Part shown: one piece after another, positions 26,560 to 39,459 of the stretch
How the letters are laid out: each line of letters starts with the position of its first letter
How positions within the stretch are numbered: position 1 is the first letter of the stretch
Source: Mobula hypostoma
Taxonomy: Eukaryota
Length of the DNA stretch: 64,000 bases
Assembly (NCBI RefSeq): GCF_963921235.1
Contig: NC_086115.1
Location: forward strand, 37,510,001 to 37,574,000
Direction of reading: 5' to 3'
The notes under the pieces: model-generated
Databases searched by the model: none
What the model was told of the DNA's origin: nothing
The model's input: only the letters and a program-made list of their open reading frames with translations
Made by a program: the position numbers and the translations under genes

Positions 26560-28400
26560 AGTGCCAGGGACTTGCTTGGTTTAACGCCAGCTCTATAGGA
26601 TAAACTCACCTGCCTATTTGTCAATGCTCATTTCCTTTTATTGCACATTTGCTTGTTTCCCCATTGCTTACTTGCAGAGGATAAAAAATTGACAGCATGG
26701 TCAGTTTGAGAGTTTTTTTTTTAAGAAATAATCATCAGGGGGTGGGAAAAGAAAATAACTGGTATTTGAAATACATGGCTTAATAAATGACCGCCACAAA
26801 TAGAAATTATGTTAGACTATTCCGAATAGTTCTTTGATAAAGCAAATGCAGAGCATTTATGAAAGTAACAAGGTTACGAATCAGAATCAGGTTTATTGTC
26901 ACTGACATCAGTTGTGAAATTTGTTGTTTTGTACTAGTAGTACAGTGCAGACAAATTACCATAAGTTACAGTAAACAATAAAGAGTGCAAACTATGAATA
27001 AGAAGAGTGTTCAGGGGCTCACGGACTATTCAGAAATCTGAATGACAGAAAGGAAGAAGTTATTCCTAAAACATTGAATGTGGGTTTTCAGGCTCCTACA
27101 AATGACTTACTATAATAATCAAAACATGTCCTATTACTGTATATGACTGTGATGACATGGATAAAATACAGAAAGCAGAAACTGCAAGTAATGGCTAAGG
27201 TTATGCAGAAATCTCCTGGTGTTAGTGTTAGGACAATGGTTCTTTTTGAGAAAAAGATGGACTTCAGTTTGGGTATACAGTGCAGAGTTGCAACAACTTC
27301 TATTAGGTGGCTTTGGGGCATTTCCATAAGCCTTCTCTTCCTCTGGGACTGGGTTGAGCCAAGGTGACCCACTCACTCCCCTGTAATAATAGTTTATTTT
27401 TATTACTAATTTTTTATTGCAACACCAACAAATTACATTCAAGACAACCAGTCGCCAATTACATTTTGATTGCTTATCCCAACCACCCCCCAACCTTCAT
27501 CACCATCCCCCTCCACCCCTCTCCCCTGCATCAACCAACTGAATAGTAGTGCATACACAGACAAAGCATTCCTATTTTATACAATAGTAAGATTTTCTAA
27601 TTTATCTGTGTTGCTCATCTTCCCCTGAATCTGTTGTTGTAAGTTGGTGGTGGAGCCCTGAGTTACCCCCTTCCCACCCTCCCTCCCATCACCCCTCCCA
27701 TTCAACCCTTTACTTTGTAACATCTGTGAGTGTCACTTAGCAATGTTAGACACTGAACAATAACCGCCTCCCCCCCCCCCACAGTACCAACAAATTAGAA
27801 TGGCAAAGCAGTTCTCATAGGCAATATCAAAGAGACAAGGAAAAAAAAACCCTGGACAAACCCATTGCTCTATATAATTAAAACCATTTCCATCTCAAAT
27901 ATAATATACCACATAATCAAGACCCGAACAGCTCTCTTGCGAAAAGCTGTTGCTCTAATAAACCGCCAGTTAGTGATGGCACCAGTGACGTCTTATCTGG
28001 TGCCCAGGAACGAAAACAAGTCTACTGGAGACATAACCCAAAATGAACATGTACAACTAAAGTTATTCAGAATCAGAACAAACTGCTGTTTTTCAGTTTC
28101 ATTCTTGATGATGTATAACATTTGGGTATATTGAATATCACCTTAGAAAGTAAAAGATAAAAGGATAAATCTAGGCGGACTTATATCACCTTACCATGTT
28201 ATGCTTGGACTAACAAGTTAACCGAGCCATTACCTTAAAACTCTGACCTGCAATACTCAGAGACAAATTAGCCCATTAATTAACTGAATACAAAAGTGCA
28301 ACGAATGACTTTCCAATAAAAGAATAAGCAGAAAACTTCACACCTAGGACGTTAACTTGCCCGTGCCTGTTAGATTGCACATACAGAGTGGTCCGAGCTC

Positions 28401-29231
28401 TTAATGCAGTTCCATCTCCTCCCGAGGGGCGTGTGGACTTTGCCCAGGGTCTTCTTCCATTTCTCCCAGCACTGATGAATTCAGAGCTTCTTTTGCTTCC
28501 TCTGCCGAGTTAAACGACATCTTCATGCCCTTGATATTCACTCTCAAAATCGCTGGGTATATGAGGAACGAGTCGATCCCCTTCTGTCAAAGCTTAGCGC
28601 GGATCTCCCTGTATCCCTGCCGTTCCTGTATCATGCCGGGGCTGTAGTCGGCAAAGAACTGCAGCTGGGTGCCATCCGGGAGAGTAGGTTTGGCCTTCCT
28701 CGCGCCCTCCAGGATAGCCTGCCGGTCGGTGTTCCGTAGAAGCCTAAAAACCATGATCCGCGGTCTTGAGGTGTTGTTGGAAAGGATCCTATGTGCTCTA
28801 TCGATCTCCAATGGAGTGCTGTGGAAATTCTTGAGCACTGGAATCCAATTAGGCAGCATCTTCTGGAGGTAACCTCTTGGATCGTTGCCCTCAGCGCCTG
28901 TCGGTAAGTTGACCAGCCACACATTGTTTCTCCTGGATCTGTCCTCCAAGTCATTAAGCTTCTTCCACATCTTAGTCACCTCCGTGAGACAGGAGTTAGT
29001 AACTTTCTCATTCTTGCGTAAGCAAACCTGAATGTTGTCTATTTTGTTGAAGACCATGCTAAATCTTTTAGCATGAATGTCTGCTTGCTCCTTTAATGAC
29101 AGAATGTTGCCATTCTCTGCCATATGCTTCTCTCTGGGGTCAAGGGTCTTTTCCAGCGACTCCTTTAGCATGTGGGCTACCGTTTCTTGCAGTGATTCCA
29201 TCTCCATTGTCATTGTTTGCTTAATTAGCAT
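28401..29231 (-). pseudogene. L1-clade ORF1p (coiled coil, RRM, CTD) with one premature stop
   Basis: LNDLEDRSRRNNVWLVNLPTGAEG..LEIDRAHR..LQFFADYS. The frame continues past the TGA at 28587-28589 (QKGIDSFLIYPAILRV..FNSAEEA) to a TAA at 28401. Confidence 0.85.
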
Positions 29232-31198
29232 AGCTATTTCCTCGGGTGAATCGCCAGGACAAATTCATACCAATTCCCATTTATCTTTGCTTTTCCAAAT
29301 GTCAGCTTGGTTTGTTCCATATTGTGAACTAAAGATTTTCATTACTGTCAACTGGCACACCTGAGCCAGATCTGACTCCCGTTTCTAATTTCTTGAATAC
29401 TACCTTGTAAAGTATCTTTGCTATAATATCTTTACCATACAATTTAGTTGTTGCCTCTTTATTGCTGTATTTAGCAGCACCCAGTTTCCAGTATGGACAA
29501 TCTTCACATCAAGGACACCATTGTGCTGTTTACCAACAAGGCAGAGCAGAAGGGCATACCAGCAGCCAGCCGGGTGGAACCAAAAATGAAGCACCACCAA
29601 CTGGAATATAGGATTACTTGAGTGCTAAACAGCAAAAAAAATTACAGAGAACTAATCACTCAGAACCTAAAGATCAGATCAAGGTTCGTCATTGATGAAT
29701 GATGACAGACAAAGGAAGAGGCTTAAAGTACATTCCCAACCTCAACAATGAAAGGACAACATGTGAATGCTAAAGAAAACGCTCAATTCTTCACAACGCT
29801 ATCAAGTGGCACATGGATTTGCAGAAGCATTTAGCACCAAACCTCAATGCAGCCTTGATGCAAACATGTTCGAAAGAACAGAAGTGACCGACAGCCCTCG
29901 ATGTCAAGGAAGCCTTTGATCATTTGTGGCCCTGACAAAGCTGAGTAATGGGTTTTAAAAGGAAAAACTCTCCAGTACTTGGAGTTATACATTGCACTCA
30001 GGAAGCTAGTTCCGGTTATTGAAATTCATCACACCAGTCCCAGGAAACCACGGCAGAAGCTTCTCAGGGCAATGTCCTATGCCCAGATAGATTCAATCTC
30101 AATGGCATCATGTGAAGATTCTCAATTTTGAGAAATGAAGCAACCCCTGTCTGCACGCATTAATCCCCAGATAAAGTTCAGGCATCAGCTGATATAGAGC
30201 AAATAACAACTGATCCATAAAAATGCAAGGCAATAACCATAGAAACATAGAAAACCTACAGCACAATACAGGCCCTTCGGGGCACAATGCTGTGCCGAAC
30301 ATGTACTTACTTTAGAAATTACCTTGGGTTACCTACAACCATCTAATCATTTGCCATGACATTCAAAAACACTGCCACACCTGGGTTCCCTGCCATCAAA
30401 ACCGAGTAGGAACTCATCCGGATGAGCCATACAAGGACCGTGGCTTTGAGTAGTTCAGAGGTTGAGTATCCTGCAGCAAATGACTCACCAGTTTTCACAA
30501 TATGCAAGACAAAAGCCAAAGTGGTTACTCTCCACCTGCCTGATTGCAATGCCAACATGTTTCAAAAATCAATGGCAAAGCAAGTTGAAATATTGTATCA
30601 CAGAACCGTTTTACCTGCTATGTAGAGATGCAAGGAGCATCCCTTACCTCAGACATCTACAAGGGTTGCCAATCTATTTTATGCCTTGGACCATTACCAT
30701 TAACCGAAGGGTCCGTGGACCCCAGATTGGGACCCCTGATCTACAGGAATCTTAATCCTTCTGAAAGTCATAGCCTTAAGATGAAGTTTACCCTGTTTAC
30801 TTTCTCAACTCTGAACAGTGGTGCAGAGGAAAGTATGCATGGGTTAACTATACTTGAAACACTACTAAAATCTGTTCAGCTCCTAAAATTCAAAGCACCA
30901 GCCTTCAACACTTCTTTCTGCATCACTTCTGCTGTTTCCCTAACCTCAAAAGAACATTTTTGCATTCTCTTATGTACCCATGTCCTATGTCCCTGAGCAC
31001 TGAATACTACAGTGCTCATGGTCATAGGTCATTTCTCCACCCCCCAGCAAGGGGTACTCACTTTTCCAAAGGCAGGTCTCGTATTATACAATTCATCTGG
31101 ACAGTTTATCATAGTAAACCAAACAAAACACAGCAAATCAAGTGTTAGGTACTTCTACAAATTTAAGTACAAATACTGCAATTGTTAACAAGCTTTAC

Positions 31199-31477
31199 CT
31201 GGGCTTGAAATGTTGAAGCATTCTTTTCAAGTTCTTTACATTTTAATGTGATTGCAGACAATTCATTTTTCAGGTTTTCGGTTTCCTCACTCAAAGACTT
31301 GAAGAGTTGCTCTTTTGTTTTGGCATCTTTATCTTTTTCCGCAAGCTGGTTACGTAGAGAAGCCACATCTTTCCCACCAGATTTTGAGAGTTGATCTTTC
31401 ATTGTCAGAATCTGCTTATCCTTCTGCTCAAGTTCTTGGGTCTGCTTCTGTTTTGTGGTTTCAAGTTCAAGAATTTT
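31199..31477 (-). CDS. CEP55: CEP55 coding exon 2 (279 nt, phase 0/0)
   Basis: Acceptor tgtgtctag| then KILELETTKQKQTQELEQKDKQILTMKDQL...LFKSLSEETENLKNELSA...FQAQ, donor |GTAAAG. Coiled coil matching CEP55. Confidence 0.92.
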
Positions 31478-32939
31478 CTAGACACAAAGAAAAACTTTGT
31501 AAGGACATGACTTGAAGTTTTCATGTTTAAAAAAAAATCACTGAATTTTATCAAAATGCAAGGATATCATCTCCCAAGAAAAAGTAGCCAGCTTAATTTT
31601 GAAGCCAAAATAAGGTGGTTATTGGAGCTTAAAGTGTAAAATAATACAATGGTAGAAATTTGGGATATTTTTGCATTGAACTTGAGCCTTGAAATTTTCA
31701 GTTTTAAAGCCTTAAAAAGCACCACCCAAATTGTTCAGTCTGAAAATTTTTGATCCAGAGGCTATGTCAACAAGAAATTTTTCAGATGGTCTCCAATTTT
31801 CAATAAAGCACCTAACTGGAGAAACCCAATAGAAACTGACAAAATGACTGACAGGTTCAATTTTGGTACAAAATTTAAGTTCTGGTAGATTGTTTTATCC
31901 CCAATACAGGCTTCAATAAAACAGCAGCATGAATGATGAAAACTACCTGCTTAACAGCCATGATAAAAACTAGCATGACTACATGCTGAACAAGTATGAG
32001 GAATTCATGCATGCTAAAACCAGAGTTTCTATGTGCAGCTTATATAATCCATTGATAGGCACTATCTGCCATTTCAGTTTTATTCGCACACGACAGCAAA
32101 TAAAGCAGTCAATGCCTACACAACATTCAGACATGGCAACATTTGCTGCACAAAGTGGCCTTCATCAAGACATAATCTAACACACCTACTCTTGACATTT
32201 AAATGGCATAACCCTCTCTAAATCTCCATCAATATCCCAAGCATTAACACGGAGAAGAAACAAAACATGTCAACTATATAAGAGTAATGACTATAAGAGT
32301 AAGTCAGAGGTGAGTGACAATTGCAGATTTTCTACATCTACAAGGCAAGAGTTAGGAGTGTAATGGAATACTTGCAGTCCTGCTGAAGGATCGCGGTCCG
32401 AAACGACAACTATACTCTTTTCCATAGATGCTGCCCGGGCTGCTGAGTTCCTCCAGCATTTTGTGTGTCGACCTGAAACATTGTTTCTCGGGAAAGCTCC
32501 CTGAGCACTTCCGGCTTCCACAGTATTGTTATTATGGCCTATCCAGACAGTTCTTTCCAATGTTGTCGGGGAGAAATGTGGGGATTTAACAGCTCCGATA
32601 TGAACGCCGGGGGTGGCGGGGTTATTGGGGGAAGAGAAGTGGGCTTCAGCCACGTAGCGCAAAGGAAAATAAAGGGTCCAGGAAATTAATCATTAACCCC
32701 TCTCGCTTTCCAGCATTCATCTTTTTACGAAGGCAGCCAGCCACGGTGCATAAAAATGCTGCAGCCAGGTTAATGAGCACATTGCCAGGCGATGGGGTCT
32801 ACACCCCGACAGAATATCACGTCTCTGGCTCTTCCATCTCCCCCTCAAACCTCACCCGTGGCCGTCTGCGGATCCCGCACAGCCCGCGGCATTCACCGCG
32901 GAGCTAGGCCGAGCGGCTCTCCGAGGGAAGCCAACGCAC

Positions 32940-33110
32940 CTCCAGCAGCCTGTTCCTCTCCCTCTCCCACGTCCGGCCTTTGCTCAGCTCTTCCAGGGAC
33001 CTCTTTAACTGCGCGTTTTCCTTGCGGAGTTTCTCCGCCTCGCCGTCCGACTTGGTCATGATGTTTTTGCCGAGGCCGAAGCGGCTACTAATGATGTTTT
33101 TCGAGGTCAT
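32940..33110 (-). CDS. CEP55: CEP55 coding exon 1 (57 codons)
   Basis: ATG at 33110. MTSKNIISSRFG...EKLRKENAQLKRSLEELSKG...ERNRLLE resembles the human CEP55 N-terminus (EKLKGEIAHLKTSVDEITSG...ERHRLLE). Donor GAG|GTGCGT. Confidence 0.9.
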
Positions 33111-33217
33111 TTCTTGCGCGGCTGCGGCCACAGAAGACAAGTGAAGGCGAGCGGGGCTCTGGAAGCCACAGTGACAGGCCGTTCACCAACCGCCCCGACA
33201 GAATGTCATCGTGCGAA

Positions 33218-33233
33218 TTCAAATTTCCCCGCC
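33218..33233 (-). promoter_or_regulatory. CDE/CHR cell-cycle promoter element of CEP55
   Basis: Minus strand reads GGCGGG-GAAA-TTTGAA: GC-rich CDE, 4-nt spacer, canonical CHR. About 110 bp upstream of the ATG, inside a CpG-rich region. Confidence 0.7.
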
Positions 33234-33544
33234 TCCGACCCCGGGGCGTATCGGGACCTAGCCGGGCGTGCGCGTGCGCGTGCGATCCACTGCGTGCGCG
33301 AGCGCGGCATCCTATGCACGCGCACAGGTCGCAGGCATCGTGCGGACGCGCGCACAAAGTCGGATGGAGAGCTGTGCCCATCGTTATTACGCAAACTACA
33401 GTGCGGTTATTCGAACTACGGCCTCCCAGAAACCTGATCTCCAGCTCACCCTGCACCCTCCCGGGTCTCCTTCCACAGCCCAAAGCTGGGCGGGTTGATC
33501 AGGTTTACTGTCATAACTAAACAAACCCAGGGTGTAAATGCCCT

Positions 33545-34830
33545 TTCTGGATCTTTCTGTCTCTGTCTCTGGAGACAGCTTATCTACTGATGTCTACTAT
33601 AAGCCTACTGACTCTCACAGCTATCTGGACTATTCCTCTTCTCACCCTGTCTCTTGCAAAAACACCATCCCCTTCTCGCAATTCCTCCGTCTCCGCCGCA
33701 TCTGCTCTCAGGATGAGGCTTTTCATTCTAGGACGAGGGAGATGTCTTCCTTTTTTAAAGAAAGGGGCTTCCCTTCCTCCACTATCAACTCTGCTCTTAA
33801 GTGCATCCCCCCCATTTCACGTACATCTGCTCTCACTCCATTCTCCCGCCACCCCACTAGGAATAGGGTTCCCCTGGTCCTCACCTACCACCCCACCAGC
33901 CTCCGGGTCCAACATATTATTCTCCATAATTTCCCTCCCCCCCCCTCTGCATTCTGCAGGGATCACTCCCTACACAACTCCCTTGTCCATTCGTCCCCCC
34001 CATCCCTCCCCACTGATCTCCCTCCTGGCACTTATCCGTGTAAGCGGAACAAGTGCTACACATGCCCTTACACTTCCTCCCTTACCACCATTCAGGGCCC
34101 CAAACAGTCCTTCCAGGTGAGGCAACACTTCACCTGTGAGTCGACTGGGGTGATATACTGCGTCCGGTGCTCCCGATGTGGCTTTTTATATATTGGCGAG
34201 ACCCGACGCAGACTGGGAGACCGCTTTGCTGAACATCTACGCTCTGTCCGCCAGAGAAAGCAGGATCTCCCAGTGGCCACACATTTTAATTCCACATCCA
34301 TTCCCATTCTGACATGTCTATCCACGGCCTCCTCTACTGTAAAGATGAAGCCACACTCAGGTTGGAGGAACAACACCTTATATTCCGGCTGGGTAGCCTC
34401 CAACCTGATGGCATGAACATCGACTTCTCTAACTTCCGCTAAGGCCCCACCTCCCCCTCGTACCCCATCTGTTACTCATTTTTATGCACACATTCTTTCT
34501 CTCACTCTCCTTTTTCTCCCTCTGTCCCTCTGAATATATCTCTTGCCCATCCTCTGGGTCCCCCCCCTTGTCTTTCTTCCCGGACCTCCTGTCCCATGAT
34601 CCTCTCGTATCCCCTTTTGCCAATCACCTGTCCAGCTCTTGACTCCATCCCTCCCCCTCCTGTCTTCTCCTATCATTTTGGATCTCCCCTTCCCCCTCCA
34701 GCTTTCAAATCCCTTACTCACTCTTCCTTCAGTTAGTCCTGACAAGGGTCTCGGCCTGAAACGTCTACTGCACCTCTTCCTAGAGATGCTGCCTGGCCTG
34801 CTGCGTTCACCAGCAACTTTGATGTGTGTT
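33545..34830 (+). mobile_element. 5'-truncated Penelope-like element (RT C-terminus/thumb plus GIY-YIG)
   Basis: PFLDLSV..TDVYYKPTDSHSYLDYSSSHP..IPFSQFLRLRRICS, Cys linker and GIY-YIG. 13-bp TSD GTGTAAATGCCCT (33532-33544 / 34831-34843). Frameshift near 34297. Confidence 0.92.
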
Positions 34831-37284
34831 GTGTAAATGCCCTGATGCTTTTTGCAGCACTGTATATTATAAACAAAAGTTAACAGATACGTTATAACAT
34901 CATTTTCATGACAAATTTTTTTAAAACGACATTGGTGCATAATTAGCCGCAGTGAACTGCCTCTAATGTAGATGAGTGGCAGTATTTGAGGGGAAATTAG
35001 TGGACGATCGACGCCAATACACCCTTGATGGGTCAGCAGAAGGGCGTGTTTTCGAGTTGTATGAGTAATTAATGGCACAGCAAGGCTTGTCTCTTGAATG
35101 AATTCCTGATCTAAAAACTTCAGTCAAGTGAAAAATTATTTTCATCTGATATTTTTGATAAGACACCCCAGGAGGCTAGTGTGAGCGTAATAACCAACCT
35201 TTCCAATACTCAGTCAATGTGCGATTGGCTGCTTTGGGGATACAGTACAGGCTTTCAGATGAGTGGTTAAGGTGGCGCTGCGCTGTGTGCCTGTTTCTCA
35301 GAAGTCAGGCAGGTGTTGGCCAATTTTCTCCATTATCAGCAGCGGACGTGGATACCTATAGAAAAAAAACCCCAAGCGCGACTGAAATGGGACAGAGGCG
35401 AAATAAACACTTTGACAAATTAAAGCCATCCCCATGATACGACGAACCCACGGGCCACAAAACCGCCTTACATAATGAAGATCAATGTACTTCTTTCGGC
35501 ATAACCACGACGGGGGGTGGAAATAGATGCAGTTGCAGCCAGTCTCGAAAGGATACCTTGTTATTTATGAAAAAATCATAGTTGCTGTTTTCATGTCCTG
35601 CTTGCCACTCGCCTAATGAAGGAATCCAGTAAGATCTAGTGAAATCTGAAATTCAGTCGAGAACGCCCTGTGAACTGACTTTCGAAATTTGCTGTTAAGT
35701 GTATTCTGCCTAGCAACCGCGATGCCCTCGAGCTGAGTACAAAATACATTAAAGAATTCTCACAGCATACTCAGAAGCAAACTTTGATCAACATTTTTTA
35801 ATTCACAAAATCTTAAATAAGGTTCTGTACATGCGTGTTTGATTAAAGTGGAAGCTGAACTATAAGTGAACGATTTGTTTTTACAACCAAATACAAGTGA
35901 CTTGGTAGAAGTTGTTATAAACTGTAATTAATGGAAGTTTTTGTGGGGCCAGGGGTTTCCAAACCTCAGTTACTGCATAGTACAGAACTGAGCGCTGGTG
36001 TCAGTGCATTGCATAGCAGAATATTTTAAAATGGGTGAACCCCAGGTTAATTTTGTTGACCTAACCCGAACCCTGTGATTTAGGCTAGGGTAGACTCAGC
36101 TAGATCCACTTACAGTATCAGAGATTTTTATGCACTTGCATGATCTGTAGAGTTGATGTCAGTTTCAGAAAGTAAATGTTGCCCTTTCATAGACCTGAAG
36201 GATTCTCCATATTTAAAGTACTTTGCTTTTGTAGAATAGAATTATTCTCATTACAAAATCCACCCTTTTCTGTATTTCATTTTAAACAATGAAATACCCT
36301 TCTTTTCATTGTCCCAGTGGAGAGAAATGTTACTTAACGAAATGAAGACTTGCAAATAACATAGTTCTACCTTTTGAATACATTGTAATCACAACAGAAG
36401 TCTCAGAAGTTGTATTTGCTAAACTTACTTTGTTTAAGAAGAATGAGTCATCCTTGAAACTTGTGCCCAATGACACACTTATCTGAGAACCAGATACTCC
36501 AAATTCGGTCGCTTTTTTCCCCATTTCTTCACTGGGTGCTTCATTATTCTCTGGTCAGCCTCTCCCTGTGATTCAATTCATCTTGTGTAACTAACAAGCA
36601 CTGGAGAGCCTAAACATTAGAAATGGTTGGAGGTATTGTACAAATATGGAATTTATATGTCTTTATTGTTTGCCGTCAATGCTAGCATAATTACAAAGAG
36701 CATGAAATAGCTGCATTATTGAAAACAAATGACGCAGCAGCTTTAGAAAGGGTGGAGTTAGCATTTCAAAAGAAAAAGGGTAGGGACAATCGTGTGGGAG
36801 GTGGATAATATGGACCAAGATAGACAGGGAGGGATATAGGAGAGAAATACAGGAAAGATGCTAGTTTGGAACTGAGTCTCAGAGAGCACTTAGAAGTTTA
36901 CTCTGTCAGACTAGATTGTATAAGTTTATTATTGTCACACGTACTGAGACACAGTGAAAAGCTTGTCCTGCATACTGTTCATACAGATCAATTCATTACA
37001 CAGTGCATTGGGGTAGTACAAGGTAAAACAATAAAGTGTAACAGCTACAATGCAGGTAAACAATAAGGTGCAAGATCATAACAAAGTAGATTGTGAGGTC
37101 AAAAGTCCATTTAATCATCCTAGGGAGTCTGATAACACCCTGTCCTTATGCCTGGTGGTATGTGCTTTCTTCTGGGTGGGAGAGATAAAAAGAGAGGATG
37201 TCCAGAGTGGGTGGGGTCTTTACTTACATTGGCTGAGCGAGTGAGAACATGGAGAGGAGTCTGGTTTCTGTGATGTGCTGAGTT

Positions 37285-37860
37285 AGAAACATGGATACAT
37301 AGAAAATATACAGCACAATACAGGCCCTTCGGCCCACAAAGCTATGCCAAACATGTCCCTACCTTAGAACTACTTAGGCCTTACCCATAGCCCTCTATTT
37401 TTCTAAGCTCCATGTAGCCATCCAGGAGTCTCTTAAAAGACACTATAATTTCTGCCTCCACCGTCACCACCGGCAGCCCATTCCACGCACTCACCACTCT
37501 CTGTGTAAAAAACTCCCCTGACATCTCCTCTGTACCTTCTTCCAAGCACCTTAAAACTATGCCCTCTCATGCTAGCCATTTCAGCCCTGGGGAAAAGCTT
37601 CTGACTATCCACGTGACCAATGCCTCTCATTATCTTATACACCTCTATCAAGTCATCTCTCATCCTCTGTCGCTCCAAGGAGAAAACGCCGAGTTCGTGC
37701 AACCTATTCTCATAAGGCATGCTCCCCAATCCAGGCAACATCCTTGTAAATCTCCTCTGCACCCTTTCTATGGTTTCCACGTCCTTCCTATAGTAAGGCG
37801 ACCAGAATTGAGCACAGCACTCCAAGTGGAATCTGACCAGTGTCCTATATAGCTGTGTCC
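37285..37860 (-). mobile_element. CR1 3' fragment
   Basis: LYRTLVRFHLECCAQFWSPYYRKDVETIERVQRRFTRMLPGL. Tail shared with 62402-63115 and 30238-30340. Confidence 0.85.
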
Positions 37861-38444
37861 ACAATTCCCTGTGATTCTGACTGGAGACTAGAGAAGGGGC
37901 ATAGAGACAGCTGCATGCATATTAGAATTCCATAGCAGTTGTTGGAGGCAAAGATAGAGGAAATCTGGGGAACAGTTTGTTGCTGAAAAAAATAACCCAG
38001 TGATCATACTTCTGCTTAAGGATGATCCTGATATAGTGAGCAGTTTGGGCAGAAAATAGGGCAACTTAATTTTGCTTTATTCTGTTAATCTAAATCTGAG
38101 AACTCAGTGGGTCAGGCAGTATCTATGGAAGGAAACAATGGTTGATGTTTTGGGTCAAGACCATTCCCCTGGACTGAAAATAGAAGTGGTCAGTAGAAAA
38201 GGGTGGAGGGAAGGGATGGAACAAGAGTTAGGAAGTGACAGGTGGATCCAGGTGAGATAGAATAATAGGCAGGTGGGGTGGGGAGAGTGGGATTTTATGG
38301 GAATTAGGATTTTGGGTACTGACAAAAATTCATCTAATTGAAACATTAACAATCAATTCTAAACAAATTCTTATGTGGCTTCTTGTGATGCACATTTGTT
38401 TCTGCTCTTATTCTACTTTCACCATCAGATGGGAGTGCTTCAAT

Positions 38445-39325
38445 CTCAGAATCTGAATCAGATTTATTATCACCAGCATGTGACATGAAATTTGTTAACT
38501 TAGCAGCAGCGGTTCAATGCAATTCATAATATAGAAGAAAAAATAAAATAATAATAATAATAATAAACAAGTAAATCAATTACGTACATTGAATGGATTT
38601 TAAAATGTGCAAAAACAGAAATACTGTATATTAAAATAAGTGAGTTAGTGTCCAAAGCTTCAAAGTCCATTTTGGAATCGGATGGCAGAGGGGAAGAAGC
38701 TGTTCCTGAATCACTGAGTGTGTGCCTTCAGGCTTCTGTGTCTCCTACCTGATGGTAACAGTGAGAAAAGTGCATGCCCTGGGTGCTGGAGGTCTTTAAT
38801 AAAGGATGCTGCCTTTCTGAGACACCGCTCCCTAAAGATATTCTGGGTACTTTGTAGGCTAGTGCCCAAGATGAAGCTGACTGAAGTTACAACCGTCTGC
38901 AGCTTCTTTCAGTCTTGTGCAGTAGCCCCTCTATACCAGACAGTGGTGCAGCCTGTCAGGATGCTCTCCACGGTACAAATATAGAAGTTTTTGAGTGTAT
39001 TTATTGACATGCCAAATCGCTTCAAACTCCTAATAAAGTATAGCCGCTGTCTTGCCTTCTTTATGACTACATCAATATGTTGGGACCAGATTAGATCCTC
39101 AGAGATCTTGACACCCAGGAACTTGAAGCTGCTCACTCTCTCCACTTCTGATCCCTCTGTGAGGATTGGTACATGTTCCTTTATCTTACCCTTCCTGAAG
39201 TCCACAATCAGCTCTTTCATCTTACTGACATTGAGTGCCAAGTTGTTGCTGCGGTACCATTCCACTAGTTGGCATATCTCACTCCCGTACGTCCTCTCAT
39301 CACCACCTGAGATTCTACAACAATG
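38445..39325 (-). mobile_element. Rex1/Babar-like LINE 3' fragment
   Basis: NNLALNVSKMKELIVDFRK..FKFLGVKISEDLIWSQHID..KKARQRLYFIRSLKRFG. Confidence 0.8.
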
Positions 39326-39459
39326 GTTTTAAAAACAATCTATTGTTTTTATTCCTAATTTCTGAAGAACATGAGAATATTTTGGTCTGTGCTGAGGATT
39401 CTTTCATATTTCACCTCCTAGGGAATGGGAAGGACCATTCAAAGATACAGGACAGAACA

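Larger units (their letters stand above)
32800..33450. promoter_or_regulatory. CpG island at the CEP55 5' end, with an NRF1-type site (33269-33280)
   Basis: Dense CpG/CGCG in an otherwise CpG-poor window. Minus strand CGCGCACGCGCA fits YGCGCAYGCGCR. Confidence 0.75.

Noticed and set aside
28587-29231. Domesticated L1TD1-like gene
   Set aside because: A premature stop removes the CTD end, and there is no evidence of selection or exon structure.
33122-33186. Short 5' UTR intron of CEP55 (GTGAAC...CCGCAG on the minus strand)
   Set aside because: The acceptor is plausible but the donor is weak and the intron only about 65 nt; unsupported without RNA evidence.
33088-33520. Several overlapping ORFs on both strands
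   Set aside because: By-product of the GC-rich CpG island; no recognisable domain.
33538-34416. 292-aa ORF as a host gene
   Set aside because: It is a truncated Penelope-like RT/EN. The ATG comes from the TSD and the C-terminus is frameshifted.
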